Part shown: positions 8,566 through 17,602 of the stretch, one piece after another
How positions within the stretch are numbered: the first letter of the stretch is position 1
How the letters are laid out: the number at the start of each line of letters is the position of its first letter
Assembly: GCA_028275445.1 (NCBI GenBank)
Contig: JAPWUQ010000001.1
Span: 3,161-67,160 of the forward strand
Source: Anaerolineae bacterium
GTDB lineage: Bacteria > Chloroflexota > Anaerolineae > JACIWP01
Direction: 5' to 3'
Length of the DNA stretch: 64,000 bases
Translations under genes and position numbers: made by a program
Notes under the pieces: generated by a model
Told to the model about the DNA's origin: nothing
What the model saw: only the letters and a program-made list of their open reading frames with translations
Database searches by the model: none

Positions 8566-8604
8566 CTCCCCTTGATCCTCCCGCCGGCGGGGGATCAAGG
8601 GGAG
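8566..8604. other. Long GC-rich palindromic hairpin, CTCCCCTTGATCC-CCCGCCGGCGGG-GGATCAAGGGGAG, downstream of the secreted-protein gene. Possible terminator or structured element.
   Basis: About 16 bp of stem with one bulge and a GCCGGC loop. No U-run follows on either strand. Confidence 0.3.
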
Positions 8605-8768
8605 CTTGCGCTATCCCCCGCCCGTGCATGCGCAGAAGGGGAAACGGGGGCTGAGCCCGGACCCTGCCAATGCGGCTCTTTCCGCACCCTCATGTGCAGG
8701 GTGTTTGCGGCATGGCGGCCGGCATGCTATGATATTGGACGACGACAAAATGTTGGGGGAGGCGAACG

Positions 8769-9716
8769 ATGGGGACAGAGCACAAGCCTACTGTCGGGTT
8801 CATCGGGCTGGGCATCATGGGCAAGCCCATGGCGAGCAACCTCCTGCGCGCCGGCTATCCCCTGGTGGTGCACAACCGCAGTCGGGCGCCGGTGGATGAG
8901 CTGGCCGGCATGGGCGCCGAGCCGGCATGGTCCCCGCGGGAAGTGGCGGGGCGGGCGAGCGTCATTATCCTGATGCTGCCCAATTCCCCGCATGTACGGC
9001 AGGTCGCCGCCGGCCCCGACGGCCTGTTCGAGGGCATTGCGCGCGGCAGTGTCATTATTGACTGCAGTTCCATTTCCCCACGGGTCACGGCGGAGCTGGC
9101 AGGGCAGGCCGCCGGCCTGGGGGTGGACTGGCTGGATGCGCCGGTGACAGGTGGGCCGCAGGGAGCGACGTCCGGCACCCTTACGTTCATGGTGGGCGGG
9201 CCGGCGCAGGCCCTGGAACGCGTGCGCCCCATCCTGCACGCCATGGGCAAAACCATCGTGCACATCGGCGAACGGCCCGGGAGCGGCCAGATCGCCAAGG
9301 CCTGCAATCAGGTGGCCGTGGCACTGGAACTGCAGGCAGTATGCGAGTCCTTACTGCTGGCGCAGGCCGCCGGCGTCGACCCGGCCAAGGTCTACGAGGC
9401 CATGCGCGGCGGAGCCGCCGGCTCCTGGCAGATGGATGTGCAGGGGCCTAAAATCCTCCAGCGCCGGCATGACCCCATCTTCAAGGCCTGGATGCATCTC
9501 AAGGACCTGGAGATCGCGCTGGAGACGGCGAGCGATGCCCATGTGCCCCTGCCCGGGACGGCGCTGGTGGCCCAATTGTACCATTCCGTCCTGCGCGCCG
9601 GCCGCGGCGACGAGAACATCAGCACGCTCATCCATGCGCTGGAGGAGCTGGCCGGGGTGCGTGTGGCCGCCGGCGAGCCGGCGGAAGATAGCGCGCCGCT
9701 CCATCACTGCGACTAG
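8769..9716 (+). CDS. NAD(P)-dependent 3-hydroxyisobutyrate dehydrogenase / 2-hydroxy-3-oxopropionate reductase family oxidoreductase
   Basis: 315 aa. N-terminal Rossmann motif VGFIGLGIMGKPMASNL. HIBADH-family core (DAPVTGGPQGATSGTLTFMVGG, GSGQIAKACNQ). Confidence 0.85.
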   Translation: MGTEHKPTVGFIGLGIMGKPMASNLLRAGYPLVVHNRSRAPVDELAGMGAEPAWSPREVAGRASVIILMLPNSPHVRQVAAGPDGLFEGIARGSVIIDCSSISPRVTAELAGQAAGLGVDWLDAPVTGGPQGATSGTLTFMVGGPAQALERVRPILHAMGKTIVHIGERPGSGQIAKACNQVAVALELQAVCESLLLAQAAGVDPAKVYEAMRGGAAGSWQMDVQGPKILQRRHDPIFKAWMHLKDLEIALETASDAHVPLPGTALVAQLYHSVLRAGRGDENISTLIHALEELAGVRVAAGEPAEDSAPLHHCD

Positions 9717-9745
9717 CCGGCAGAGGGCCTGATAGGTCTCCCCCA

Positions 9746-11317
9746 ATGTGTCCCCTTTCTCGCCGGCGGGCTGTATCCTGGATGCTTCTGCTGGCAGTGT
9801 GGATTGCCCTGGCTTCGGGGCTTTCCCGCTCGTCCGCGGATGACGGCGCCCGCCCCCAACAGTGGATCGTCTACATCACCGCCGGCACCCCCCAGCTCCG
9901 CACCCAGCTCATCCGCCAGGGCCTGGATATCGTCTCCGTGGACCTGCAGGGAGTGACGGCCCGCCTGACGCCGGCCCAACTGCGGGCGCTGGAGCAGGCC
10001 GGCTTCCTCTGCCAGGTGCTGGAGGCCGGCGCCCAATCCATCCCAGTGGACGATCTCTACCACTCCCTCGCCGAGACCGAGGCGGAACTGCAGGCGGTCG
10101 CGGCCCAGCACCCCGACATCGCCCGGCTGGAGGTGATCCGCTGGAGCGTGGAGGGCCGGCCCATCTATGCCCTCAAGGTCAGCGACCGCGCGCAGGAGGA
10201 TGAATGGTCAGAGCCGGCGGTGCTTATCTTTGCCCTGGCGCACGCCCGGGAGCATCTGAGCACGGAGATGGCCCTGGACATTCTCCATATGCTGATCGAA
10301 GGGTATGGGCGATCGGGCGAGATCACCAACCTGGTGCATCAGCGCGAGATATGGATTATCCCCGATCTCAATCCCGACGGTGACGTGTACGATACGGAGA
10401 GCGGGTACTACCGATTCTGGCGCAAGAACCGCCGGCCCAACCCCGGCGGCTCCTTCGGGGTGGACCTGAACCGCAATTTCGGCTATCGCTGGGGATGCTG
10501 TGGCGGCTCCAGCCCATCCCCGTGGGAAGAGACCTACCGCGGGCCGGCGCCCTTCTCCGAACCCGAAAGCACAGCACTGCGCGATTTCGTCGAGTCCCAC
10601 CCCAACATCACCGTCTCGCTCAGCCTGCATTCGTACGGTGAATGGATCCTCTGGCCGTATGGGTACACGTACGAATCCCCGCCGGCCGACATGCGCCCAC
10701 AGGACTATGAGGCGTTCCGCCGGCTGGCCGGGGCCATGGCCGATCTGAACGGCTATCGCGCCATACAGGCCAGCCAGTTATACTTGGCCGATGGGACCGC
10801 CGATGACTGGCTGTATGGGGCGCAGGGGATCTTCGCCTTCACCTTTGAGCTGTATCCCCGCACGCCGAACCCAGGGTTCTATCCGCCCGGCACCGTCATC
10901 CCGGCGGAGACGGCGCGCAATCGGCCGGCGGTGCTGTATCTCCTGCGCATGGCGGACAATCCCCGCAAGGTGGTGGGAGAAGGGGGCGACCTGACCCCGC
11001 CGCAGGTGGCGCTGACTGCGCCGGCGGCCGGCGCATACGTTTCCGGTCCGCTTGCCATTTCGGCGGATGCCAGCGACGACATCGGGGTTACGCTGGTGGA
11101 GTTTATTGCGGATGGCCGGACGCTGGGACTGGATGAGGAGCCGCCTTTCGCGCTGGTGTGGGAGGATGTGCCGGCGGTGGGGAGCGCGCGGGTCTGGGTG
11201 CGTGCCTATGACGCCGGCGGGAACACGGCCGAATCCCCGCCCGTGCTGGTGCACTTTGCCGGCTCTCCGCCCGGCTACTTCCCCATTGTACAGCGCCAGT
11301 CCGTGACAAGCCCATGA
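9746..11317 (+). CDS. Secreted M14-family zinc carboxypeptidase with a C-terminal Ig-like domain
   Basis: 523 aa. The zinc ligand motif is HAREH (H-x-x-E, as in M14 peptidases). NPDG and HSYGE motifs are present. N-terminal signal peptide. The start codon is uncertain because no clear RBS was found. Confidence 0.8.
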   Translation: MCPLSRRRAVSWMLLLAVWIALASGLSRSSADDGARPQQWIVYITAGTPQLRTQLIRQGLDIVSVDLQGVTARLTPAQLRALEQAGFLCQVLEAGAQSIPVDDLYHSLAETEAELQAVAAQHPDIARLEVIRWSVEGRPIYALKVSDRAQEDEWSEPAVLIFALAHAREHLSTEMALDILHMLIEGYGRSGEITNLVHQREIWIIPDLNPDGDVYDTESGYYRFWRKNRRPNPGGSFGVDLNRNFGYRWGCCGGSSPSPWEETYRGPAPFSEPESTALRDFVESHPNITVSLSLHSYGEWILWPYGYTYESPPADMRPQDYEAFRRLAGAMADLNGYRAIQASQLYLADGTADDWLYGAQGIFAFTFELYPRTPNPGFYPPGTVIPAETARNRPAVLYLLRMADNPRKVVGEGGDLTPPQVALTAPAAGAYVSGPLAISADASDDIGVTLVEFIADGRTLGLDEEPPFALVWEDVPAVGSARVWVRAYDAGGNTAESPPVLVHFAGSPPGYFPIVQRQSVTSP

Positions 11318-11447
11318 AACGCCAACAGGGGGCCCGGCGTTGGGCCCCCTGTTGGTCGAGGCGAAAGGAGGGAGTACGGGTAATTTTCGATTGGGATGGG
11401 GCTCCCATGCACTGCGAAGCGCACGGCTTCGCTTACCAGGAGACCCC

Positions 11448-11654
11448 TCAGGTACTGCCAGAACTACAGGAACTGCCGGCGGAGAAGCTCGAACTGCTCT
11501 TACTGCCGCCCACCCCGAACAGGGAAAGCGCCTTATGCACGTGCTGGGAGCCGCACTTCGGGCAGGTCACGCCTTTGTCGGCGTTCTGCATGGATTGGAC
11601 GAACTTCTCGAAGCGCTCGTGGCACTCGTCGCACTGATATTCGTAGATCGGCAT
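11448..11654 (-). CDS. FmdB-family zinc-ribbon protein
   Basis: 68 aa. MPIYEYQCDECHERFE...VTCPKCGS is the canonical FmdB CxxC...CxxC ribbon. The C-terminal tail is Ser/Gly-rich. Confidence 0.8.
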   Translation of the reverse strand: MPIYEYQCDECHERFEKFVQSMQNADKGVTCPKCGSQHVHKALSLFGVGGSKSSSSFSAGSSCSSGST

Positions 11655-11680
11655 AGCTGTCCCTCCTGGATGGCGGCGGG

Positions 11681-12022
11681 CTAGAAGCGGGCCGGCAGGC
11701 CCTGCCGGCGCCGGTCCTCATCCGCCAGGAAGATAAGCTGATAAGCATCCACGTTGCCGGCGCCGCGCAGTTGGCCGTTCACCAACACCAGCGGGTACGA
11801 GAGCCGCTGGCGTTGGGCCTGTTCCAGCACCTGCTGGAAGCGCTGGCGGGTATCCGGCTGGTCCACGTCGTGGAATTCGACGGACACCTCTTCACCATAG
11901 ATATTCTTCAGGAATTGGCGGGCGATGGCGGTGGTCTCCTCCGAAGACCGCGCCGGCCCTCAACCCCACTGACAGACTTCCTCCGTGCGTGTGCCCAGAA
12001 CCGTGATGTAGGTGTAGACCAT
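11681..12022 (-). CDS. Candidate selenoprotein. A thioredoxin-fold small redox protein, DUF1462/YuzD-like or Rdx-like, with an in-frame TGA (plus-strand 11960-11962) at codon 21.
   Basis: ATG at 12022 with AGGAGG 6 nt upstream. The N-terminus reads MVYTYITVLGTRTEEVCQWG-[TGA]-GPARSSEETTAIARQFLKNIYGEEVSVEFHDVDQ... and the frame stays open for 92 more codons to the stop at 11681. The TGA sits where a Trx-fold places the second redox residue (C-x-x-x-U after beta1, before helix 1). A hairpin GCG-c-GGUCU[UCGGAGG]AGACC-ac-CGC starts 7 nt after the UGA. The ORF track lists only the 3' 68-aa part from a GTG. Confidence 0.45.
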
Positions 12023-12064
12023 GCTGTGCCTCCTCTTGTATACCCTACCAGGGTAGTGCATGCT

Positions 12065-12093
12065 ATTATATCGGGGTGGGGATGGATTGTCAA
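12065..12093 (-). promoter_or_regulatory. Perfect consensus sigma70 promoter (TTGACA-N17-TATAAT) driving the candidate-selenoprotein/FmdB operon
   Basis: The minus strand reads tTTGACAatccatccccaccccgaTATAATagc. Predicted transcription start near 12058, which is 36 nt upstream of the ATG at 12022. Confidence 0.6.
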
Positions 12094-12295
12094 ATTCGGC
12101 GGGCACTGCGCACGGGTTCAACGCCCCAGGCACGGATGGCGCGATATCCAACGACCAGAAGATATAGAGTATATACAAGGTGTGTATGCGCCTCCCCAGC
12201 ACCCACTTCGCAGGGCCGCTTGCCAAAACCTGTACAGCGCGGGTATACTTTGGAGGCAGAAGCGCCGGCGGCACAGCCGGCAGGGAGGGAAAGCG

Positions 12296-13522
12296 TTGAT
12301 ACCGAAGAACTTCCCCGGTCGAGGCAGGGTGGCGGTGCTGAAGACTTCGCCGCAGACAGTGCTCGAGGATTACGCGCGCCTGATGCGTCTGGCCGGCTAC
12401 GAGGAAGCCCTGCCCAAAGATGCAGAGACCATCCTCAAGGTCAACATTTCCTGGCAGACCTGGTACCCGGCCTGTTCCACCGCGCCCTGGCAGTTGGAAG
12501 GGGTGATCCGCACCCTGCTGGCCGACGGATACGCCGGCCTCATCGCCGCCCATAACCGCACCGCAGTGGTGGACGCCTATATCGGCGAGCGCAATAACAA
12601 ACACAAGGACATTATTGACGCCTATGGCGTCCGCAACGTGCACCTGTACGAACCGCATGTCGCCTGGGTGCACTATACCCCCAAGTCCCCCATGCTGGTG
12701 CTGGACAAAATCTTCCCCGAGGGCATCTATATCCCGGAGCTGTTCATCGGCCGCAATATGATTCATCTGCCCACGGTGAAAACCCACGTCTTCACCACCA
12801 TCAGCGGGGCGATGAAGAACGCCTTCGGCGGCCTGCTGGGCGAGAAACGGCACTGGACCCATGGGGTCATTCACGAGACGCTGGTGGACCTGCTTTCCAT
12901 CCAGCATGAGATTCACGCCGGCCTCTTCGCTGTCATGGATGGGACGTTCGCCGGCGACGGGGCCGGCCCCCGCGCCATGCGCTGGCACGAGAAAGATATC
13001 ATCCTCGCCTCTGCCGACCAGGTGGCGATAGATGCCGTATCCGCCAAGCTCCAGGGCTTCGACCCCATGTCCATCCCCTTCATCCGCATCGCCCATGAGA
13101 TGGGGTTGGGGGTGGGTGACCCCCGCGACATCGAGGTGGTAGGATATGATATCTCGGGGGAAAACTGGGGCTTTGTGCTGGAGGATACCCTGGCCAGCCT
13201 CGGCCAAAAGGCCATCTATCAGGGGCCGCTCAAACCGTTCGAAGGGCTACTGCTCCGCACGCCGCTGGCGCCGTGGTCCTTCTTCGCTTCCAAACTGTAT
13301 TACGACGTCTACTGGTACCCACGGGTGGGCCGGCCCAGGGTGGAAGCGGCCCTGCAGACCAGGTGGGGCCGGCTCTTCCAATCCTACGGCAGTGGCGAAG
13401 TGACCATGCCCGGCATGGACACCCGCACGGCGGCGCTGGCCGCCGGCGGCTTAGCCTCGGTACTCCTGCTGACCCTGGCGACGTACGTATACCGCCGGCG
13501 GCAAAAGGGGAAAGGAATCTGA
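12296..13522 (+). CDS. DUF362 domain protein with a C-terminal transmembrane anchor
   Basis: TTG start with GGGAGGG RBS 6 nt upstream. The 5' part of the listed ORF (11771-) overlaps the minus-strand genes and is not coding. The conserved DUF362 core is present (KVNISWQ...HLPTVKTHVFTTISGAMKNAFGGL...IDAVSAKLQGFDP). Hydrophobic C-terminal helix. Confidence 0.7.
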   Translation: MIPKNFPGRGRVAVLKTSPQTVLEDYARLMRLAGYEEALPKDAETILKVNISWQTWYPACSTAPWQLEGVIRTLLADGYAGLIAAHNRTAVVDAYIGERNNKHKDIIDAYGVRNVHLYEPHVAWVHYTPKSPMLVLDKIFPEGIYIPELFIGRNMIHLPTVKTHVFTTISGAMKNAFGGLLGEKRHWTHGVIHETLVDLLSIQHEIHAGLFAVMDGTFAGDGAGPRAMRWHEKDIILASADQVAIDAVSAKLQGFDPMSIPFIRIAHEMGLGVGDPRDIEVVGYDISGENWGFVLEDTLASLGQKAIYQGPLKPFEGLLLRTPLAPWSFFASKLYYDVYWYPRVGRPRVEAALQTRWGRLFQSYGSGEVTMPGMDTRTAALAAGGLASVLLLTLATYVYRRRQKGKGI

Positions 13523-13525
13523 AAC

Positions 13526-14554
13526 ATGGACAGTGCCCAGTGGCTGGCGGCGGCCATCGCGGCCTTTCTGGCGGCGGCAGTACCGACCTTCCTGTACATC
13601 CTGCTGATTCGCTGGCTGGACCGCTACGAGAAGGAGCCGGCCTGGCTGTTGGCGGCGGCCTTCCTGTGGGGCGCCATGCCGGCGGTCATCATCTCCCTCA
13701 TCTTTGAGTTCGTCCTCGGCCTGCCGTGGCAGTTAGCCGGCACGACGCTCCTGACCGCCTTCGTGGAGGCCAGCCTGATCGCGCCGGTGGTGGAGGAAGT
13801 GGTCAAGGCGCTGGCGCTGTGGGGCCTGCTGACGCTGTTCCGGGCGGAGTTCGATGACGTGCTGGACGGCGTCATTTACGGCGCGCTCATCGGCTTTGGC
13901 TTCGCCATGACCGAGCACTTCTTTTATCTGCTGGGAAGCTTTGGGGAGGGCGGTTTCTCCTCCCTGGCGGTCACGGCGGTTCTGCGGGTGGGGGTCTTCG
14001 GGTTCACCCACGCCGTGTTCACCGCCATCACCGGCGCCGGCTTTGGCTATGCCCGCAATGCACCGAACCGGGCCGCCGGCCGTCTGGTCGTGCTGGTCGC
14101 ACTGGCCGGCGCCATCGCCTTCCACGCCGTGCACAATTTCGGCGCCACCCTGGTGCAGGCCGCCCCGGGCGCGCTGGTCCTGAGCCTGGCCAATAATACG
14201 GCCGGCATCCTCCTGGTGGCGGTGATTGTGGTGCTGGCGCTGAGCCAGGAGAAGCGCTGGATCGCCGAAGAGCTGAAGGACGAGATCGGGGTCAGCCTGA
14301 ACGAGGAAGGGTATGCCGTGCTCATCCGCCGGCGGGCCGGCGTGGCCCGGCGCATGGGCAAGCTGGCCTGCGTGGCCGGCATCCGGGTCACCAAGATGGC
14401 CGAACTGCGCCGGCTGGCGACGGAGCTGGCCTTTAAGAAGGCGCAGTACCGCGCCGGCGACCGCTCGCCGAAGCTGGAGGAAACGATTGCCCGCTTGCGC
14501 CAGGAGCTGATCGCCCTGCAGGATGCGTTTGCCTGTCCCACCGATTTGGGGTAA
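13526..14554 (+). CDS. PrsW-family intramembrane metalloprotease
   Basis: 342 aa, polytopic membrane protein. PrsW signature residues are present (EExxK in VEEVVKALAL; FGFAMTEHFFY; HAVHNFG). Confidence 0.8.
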   Translation: MDSAQWLAAAIAAFLAAAVPTFLYILLIRWLDRYEKEPAWLLAAAFLWGAMPAVIISLIFEFVLGLPWQLAGTTLLTAFVEASLIAPVVEEVVKALALWGLLTLFRAEFDDVLDGVIYGALIGFGFAMTEHFFYLLGSFGEGGFSSLAVTAVLRVGVFGFTHAVFTAITGAGFGYARNAPNRAAGRLVVLVALAGAIAFHAVHNFGATLVQAAPGALVLSLANNTAGILLVAVIVVLALSQEKRWIAEELKDEIGVSLNEEGYAVLIRRRAGVARRMGKLACVAGIRVTKMAELRRLATELAFKKAQYRAGDRSPKLEETIARLRQELIALQDAFACPTDLG

Positions 14555-14604
14555 CATTCCCCGGGAAATTCGGTATACGGTATGCTGGACGAAAGGAGGA
14601 TGCG

Positions 14605-14991
14605 ATGATGCGCAGGATCAGGATCACCGCCGGCGGCATCAGCGTGACCGCCGAGCTGAACGATTCCCCGACCGCTGATGCGATCTGGAACGCCCTGCCG
14701 TTGGAGGCACGGGGGAGCACCTGGGGCGATGAAATCTACTTCTCCATCCCCGTGCATCTGCCGCAGGCCAGGGACGCGAAGGAAGTGGTCGAGCTGGGTG
14801 ATCTGGGATACTGGCCGCCGGGGAACGCCTTCTGCATCTTCTATGGGCCGACGCCGGCCAGCCTGGGGAACGAGATCCGGCCGGCCAGCCCAGTCAACGT
14901 CTTCGGCCGCATCGTGGATGACCCGACCGTGTTCCGCAAACTGCGCGGCAGTGTCAACGTGCGGGTGGAGCGCCTGGAAGAGCGGTCTTGA
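14605..14991 (+). CDS. Cyclophilin-like fold protein (DUF3830/TM1367-like)
   Basis: 128 aa. IRITAGGISVTAELNDSPTADAIWNALP...GDLGYWPPGNAFCIFYG matches the conserved pattern of this family. Confidence 0.7.
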   Translation: MMRRIRITAGGISVTAELNDSPTADAIWNALPLEARGSTWGDEIYFSIPVHLPQARDAKEVVELGDLGYWPPGNAFCIFYGPTPASLGNEIRPASPVNVFGRIVDDPTVFRKLRGSVNVRVERLEERS

Positions 14992-15026
14992 CAGACACGG
15001 GGACAATATTTTCACAGGAGGACGCC

Positions 15027-15953
15027 ATGAACAGGGGCTGGGATGGCATTTGCAAGGTGGGCATCGTGCAGTTCATGATCTTCCCCGAGGTGATGCGCGG
15101 GGAGGGGCCGGTGGTGGAGACCATCACGAAGATCGCCGCGGATGACTTCTTCGGCGCCATGGAGATCACCCATATCGCGGACCCGGAGGCGCGCCGGCAA
15201 GTGGCCGGCATCCTCGCCGCCTCGCACATGGCCCTGGGCTTCGGCGCCCAGCCCATGCTCCTCGCGAACAAGCTGGACCTGAACCATCCCGAGGAGGCGG
15301 AGCGGCGCAAAGCGGTGGACCTGATGAAGGCGGCCATAGATGAAGCGGCCGAGCTGGGCATCGGGCGGGTGGCGTTTTTGAGCGGCAAGGACCCCGGCGA
15401 GGCCCAGCGCGAGCGCGCCCTGGACCTGTTGGTGGATTCCACAAAGGAGCTGTGCGAGTACGCCAAAAGCAGGGGTGTGTTCCTGATCTGTGAGACCTTC
15501 GATTATGACGTGGAGAAGCGCGCTCTGATTGGGCCGGCGCGGCTGGCGGCGCGCTATGCCGAGCGGGTGAAAGCGCAGTACGACAACTTCGGCCTGATGT
15601 ATGACTTGAGCCACGTCCCTCAGCTTCGCGAGGACTCGCTGGAAGGGCTGTCCATCCTGAAGCCGCACTTGGCGCACGTGCACGTGGGCAACTGCCAACT
15701 GCGCAACCCGAACCATCCTTCCTACGGCGACCAGCATCCGCGCTTCGGCATCCCCGACGGCGAGAACGATGTCCCCGAGCTGACAGCCTTCCTGAAAGCG
15801 CTGTTCCAGGTGGGGTATCTCCAGGAACATCCGAAGGGAGACCTGCCCGTCGTGGCCTTTGAGGTGAAGCCGATGAAGGGAGAGCTTTCGGAGGTGGTCC
15901 TGGCGAATGCCAAGCGCGTGTGGCGCGAGGCCTGGGGCCGGCTGGAGCTGTAG
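15027..15953 (+). CDS. Sugar phosphate isomerase/epimerase (xylose-isomerase-like TIM barrel) family protein
   Basis: Start placed at the ATG at 15027 with AGGAGGA RBS. TIM-barrel motifs are present (FLICETFDY, HVHVGNCQL...). The listed ORF begins 39 nt earlier and overlaps the previous gene. Confidence 0.8.
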   Translation: MNRGWDGICKVGIVQFMIFPEVMRGEGPVVETITKIAADDFFGAMEITHIADPEARRQVAGILAASHMALGFGAQPMLLANKLDLNHPEEAERRKAVDLMKAAIDEAAELGIGRVAFLSGKDPGEAQRERALDLLVDSTKELCEYAKSRGVFLICETFDYDVEKRALIGPARLAARYAERVKAQYDNFGLMYDLSHVPQLREDSLEGLSILKPHLAHVHVGNCQLRNPNHPSYGDQHPRFGIPDGENDVPELTAFLKALFQVGYLQEHPKGDLPVVAFEVKPMKGELSEVVLANAKRVWREAWGRLEL

Positions 15954-15978
15954 CTCCGTCGTTTCCGGTGGCACTTCA

Positions 15979-16010
15979 GGTGACAGTCACCATACAGGTG
16001 ACTGCCACCT
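15979..16010. repeat. Second locus carrying the GTGACAGTCAC palindrome (one perfect and one degenerate copy)
   Basis: GGTGACAGTCACC at 15979-15991 and GGTGACTGCCACC at 15997-16009. Lies in the isomerase/larA intergenic region. Confidence 0.6.
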
Positions 16011-16160
16011 GTTTGTCTCTCCCGCAGAGCATGGTAGAATAGCAAAGGAAAGAAAGGGTCTGGCTTGCGAGCGCGCCAGGGTTTGAAGCTTGAGTTTCAG
16101 TGAAAGCTTCCCCGGTGCCCCTATAGTAGGAGGATGCAGGGGTATCACCCCTACCCCTGG

Positions 16161-16186
16161 CCCCTTCCCCGCCGGCGGGGAAGGGG
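16161..16186. other. GC-rich palindrome, CCCCTTCCCCGCCGGCGGGGAAGGGG, followed by GTTTGGGG. Possible weak terminator of the isomerase gene.
   Basis: Perfect 26-nt palindrome with a GCCGGC centre. Only three U follow it. Confidence 0.3.
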
Positions 16187-16297
16187 TTTGGGGATGGGGT
16201 CATTCGACCCAGGTCTTATGAGCATGCTGTCTCCAGCATTCTTACCTGATGATAGTACAACGGCCGTGGGCTGTGTCCCCGGGCCGGGAGGAAAACC

Positions 16298-17602
16298 ATG
16301 CGAGTAGCAATCGCCTACGGACGCGGAGAGCTGGAGATTGACCTGCCGGACGATGTGCCGGTGCAGGTGATCACGCCGGCGGAGACGCCCGGCCTGCCGG
16401 ACGAACGGGCGGCACTGCTGGAGGCTATGCGGCACCCGATCGGCTGTCCGCCCCTGCGCGAGATCATCCCCGCCGGCGCCCGCGTGGCGGTCGTCTTCAG
16501 CGACATCACCCGCCCCATGCCCAATGACCGCGTCCTGCCGGTCCTGCTGGAGGAGATCGAATCTGCCGGCGCCGGGGAAATCATCCTCATCAACGCGCTG
16601 GGCACGCACCGGCCGAATTCCCCGGAGGAGCTGGAGCGCATGCTGGGCCAGGAGGTCGTCTCCCGCTACCCCATCATCCAGCATGACCCCTTCGCCGAGG
16701 GTGAGCTGAAGTATCTGGGGGAAAGCTCCGTCGGACATCCGCTGTGGGTCAACCGCACGTTCGCCGAGGCGGATGTGCGGATATTGACCGGCTTCATCGA
16801 GCCGCACATGTTCGCCGGCTTCAGCGGAGGGCCGAAAGCGGTGCTGCCGGGCATCGCCGGCGAGCGCACCATCTTGCTCAACCACAGCGCGCCCATGCTG
16901 AGCCATCCTCAGGCCACCTGGGGGGTGACCCGCGGCAATCCCATCTGGGAAGAGATGCTGGAGATGGCGGTGCTGGCCAACCCCGATTTCCTGCTGAACG
17001 TGACGCTGAACGCCCGCCGGGAGATCACCGGCGTCTTCGCCGGCGCCCTACGGCCGGCCCATGCGCGCGGCGTGGCCTTTGCGCGCGAACATGCTATGGT
17101 GCCCGTGCGCCAGCGCTTCGATATCGTCATTACCAGCAACGCCGGCTATCCCCTGGATATGAACGTGTATCAGGCGGTAAAGGGGATGTCGGTGGCCGCC
17201 GAGGTGGTCAAGCCGGGCGGACATATCATCGTTGCCGCCGAGTGCTGGGACGGCGTGCCGGACCACGGCGAGTACAAGCGCCTCCTGCATGCCGGCCGCG
17301 ATCCCGCCCATCTGCTGGAGATGATGAGCCGGCCGGATTTCCTGGTGCGCGACCAATGGGAAGTGGCCATTCAGGCCCGCGTGCAGGTGATGGCGCACGT
17401 GTATCTCAAGTGCTCGTATCTTTCGGACGAAGAGGTGCGCAAGATCCACCTGACGCCCTGTCATGATATCGGGGCGCTGGTGCGAGAGCTGGTGCGGGAA
17501 CTGGGGTCTCCCAGCATCTGCGTACTGCCGCAGGGGCCGTTGGTGGTGCCGTACCTGCCCTCATCCGAGACTTCCCATGCCGCGAAGGGGGTGGAGCCAT
17601 GA
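16298..17602 (+). CDS. larA: LarA-like lactate racemase domain protein (nickel-pincer-cofactor-dependent 2-hydroxyacid racemase/epimerase family)
   Basis: 434 aa. N-terminal DUF2088 and LarA core (ARVAVVFSDITRPMP...GTHRPNS...GFIEPHMFAGFSGGPK...). Confidence 0.85.
   Translation: MRVAIAYGRGELEIDLPDDVPVQVITPAETPGLPDERAALLEAMRHPIGCPPLREIIPAGARVAVVFSDITRPMPNDRVLPVLLEEIESAGAGEIILINALGTHRPNSPEELERMLGQEVVSRYPIIQHDPFAEGELKYLGESSVGHPLWVNRTFAEADVRILTGFIEPHMFAGFSGGPKAVLPGIAGERTILLNHSAPMLSHPQATWGVTRGNPIWEEMLEMAVLANPDFLLNVTLNARREITGVFAGALRPAHARGVAFAREHAMVPVRQRFDIVITSNAGYPLDMNVYQAVKGMSVAAEVVKPGGHIIVAAECWDGVPDHGEYKRLLHAGRDPAHLLEMMSRPDFLVRDQWEVAIQARVQVMAHVYLKCSYLSDEEVRKIHLTPCHDIGALVRELVRELGSPSICVLPQGPLVVPYLPSSETSHAAKGVEP

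Noticed and set aside
12086-12097. Exact 12-mer GGATTGTCAAAT shared with 27502-27513, at first taken for a transcription-factor site
   Set aside because: Both copies are the -35 regions (TTGACA plus flanks) of minus-strand consensus promoters. They are reported as promoters instead.
11771-12295. 5' 175 codons of the listed 583-aa plus-strand ORF
   Set aside because: This part overlaps the FmdB and candidate-selenoprotein genes and the promoter on the other strand. It has no family similarity. A TTG start with a GGGAGGG RBS at 12296 matches the DUF362 domain boundary.
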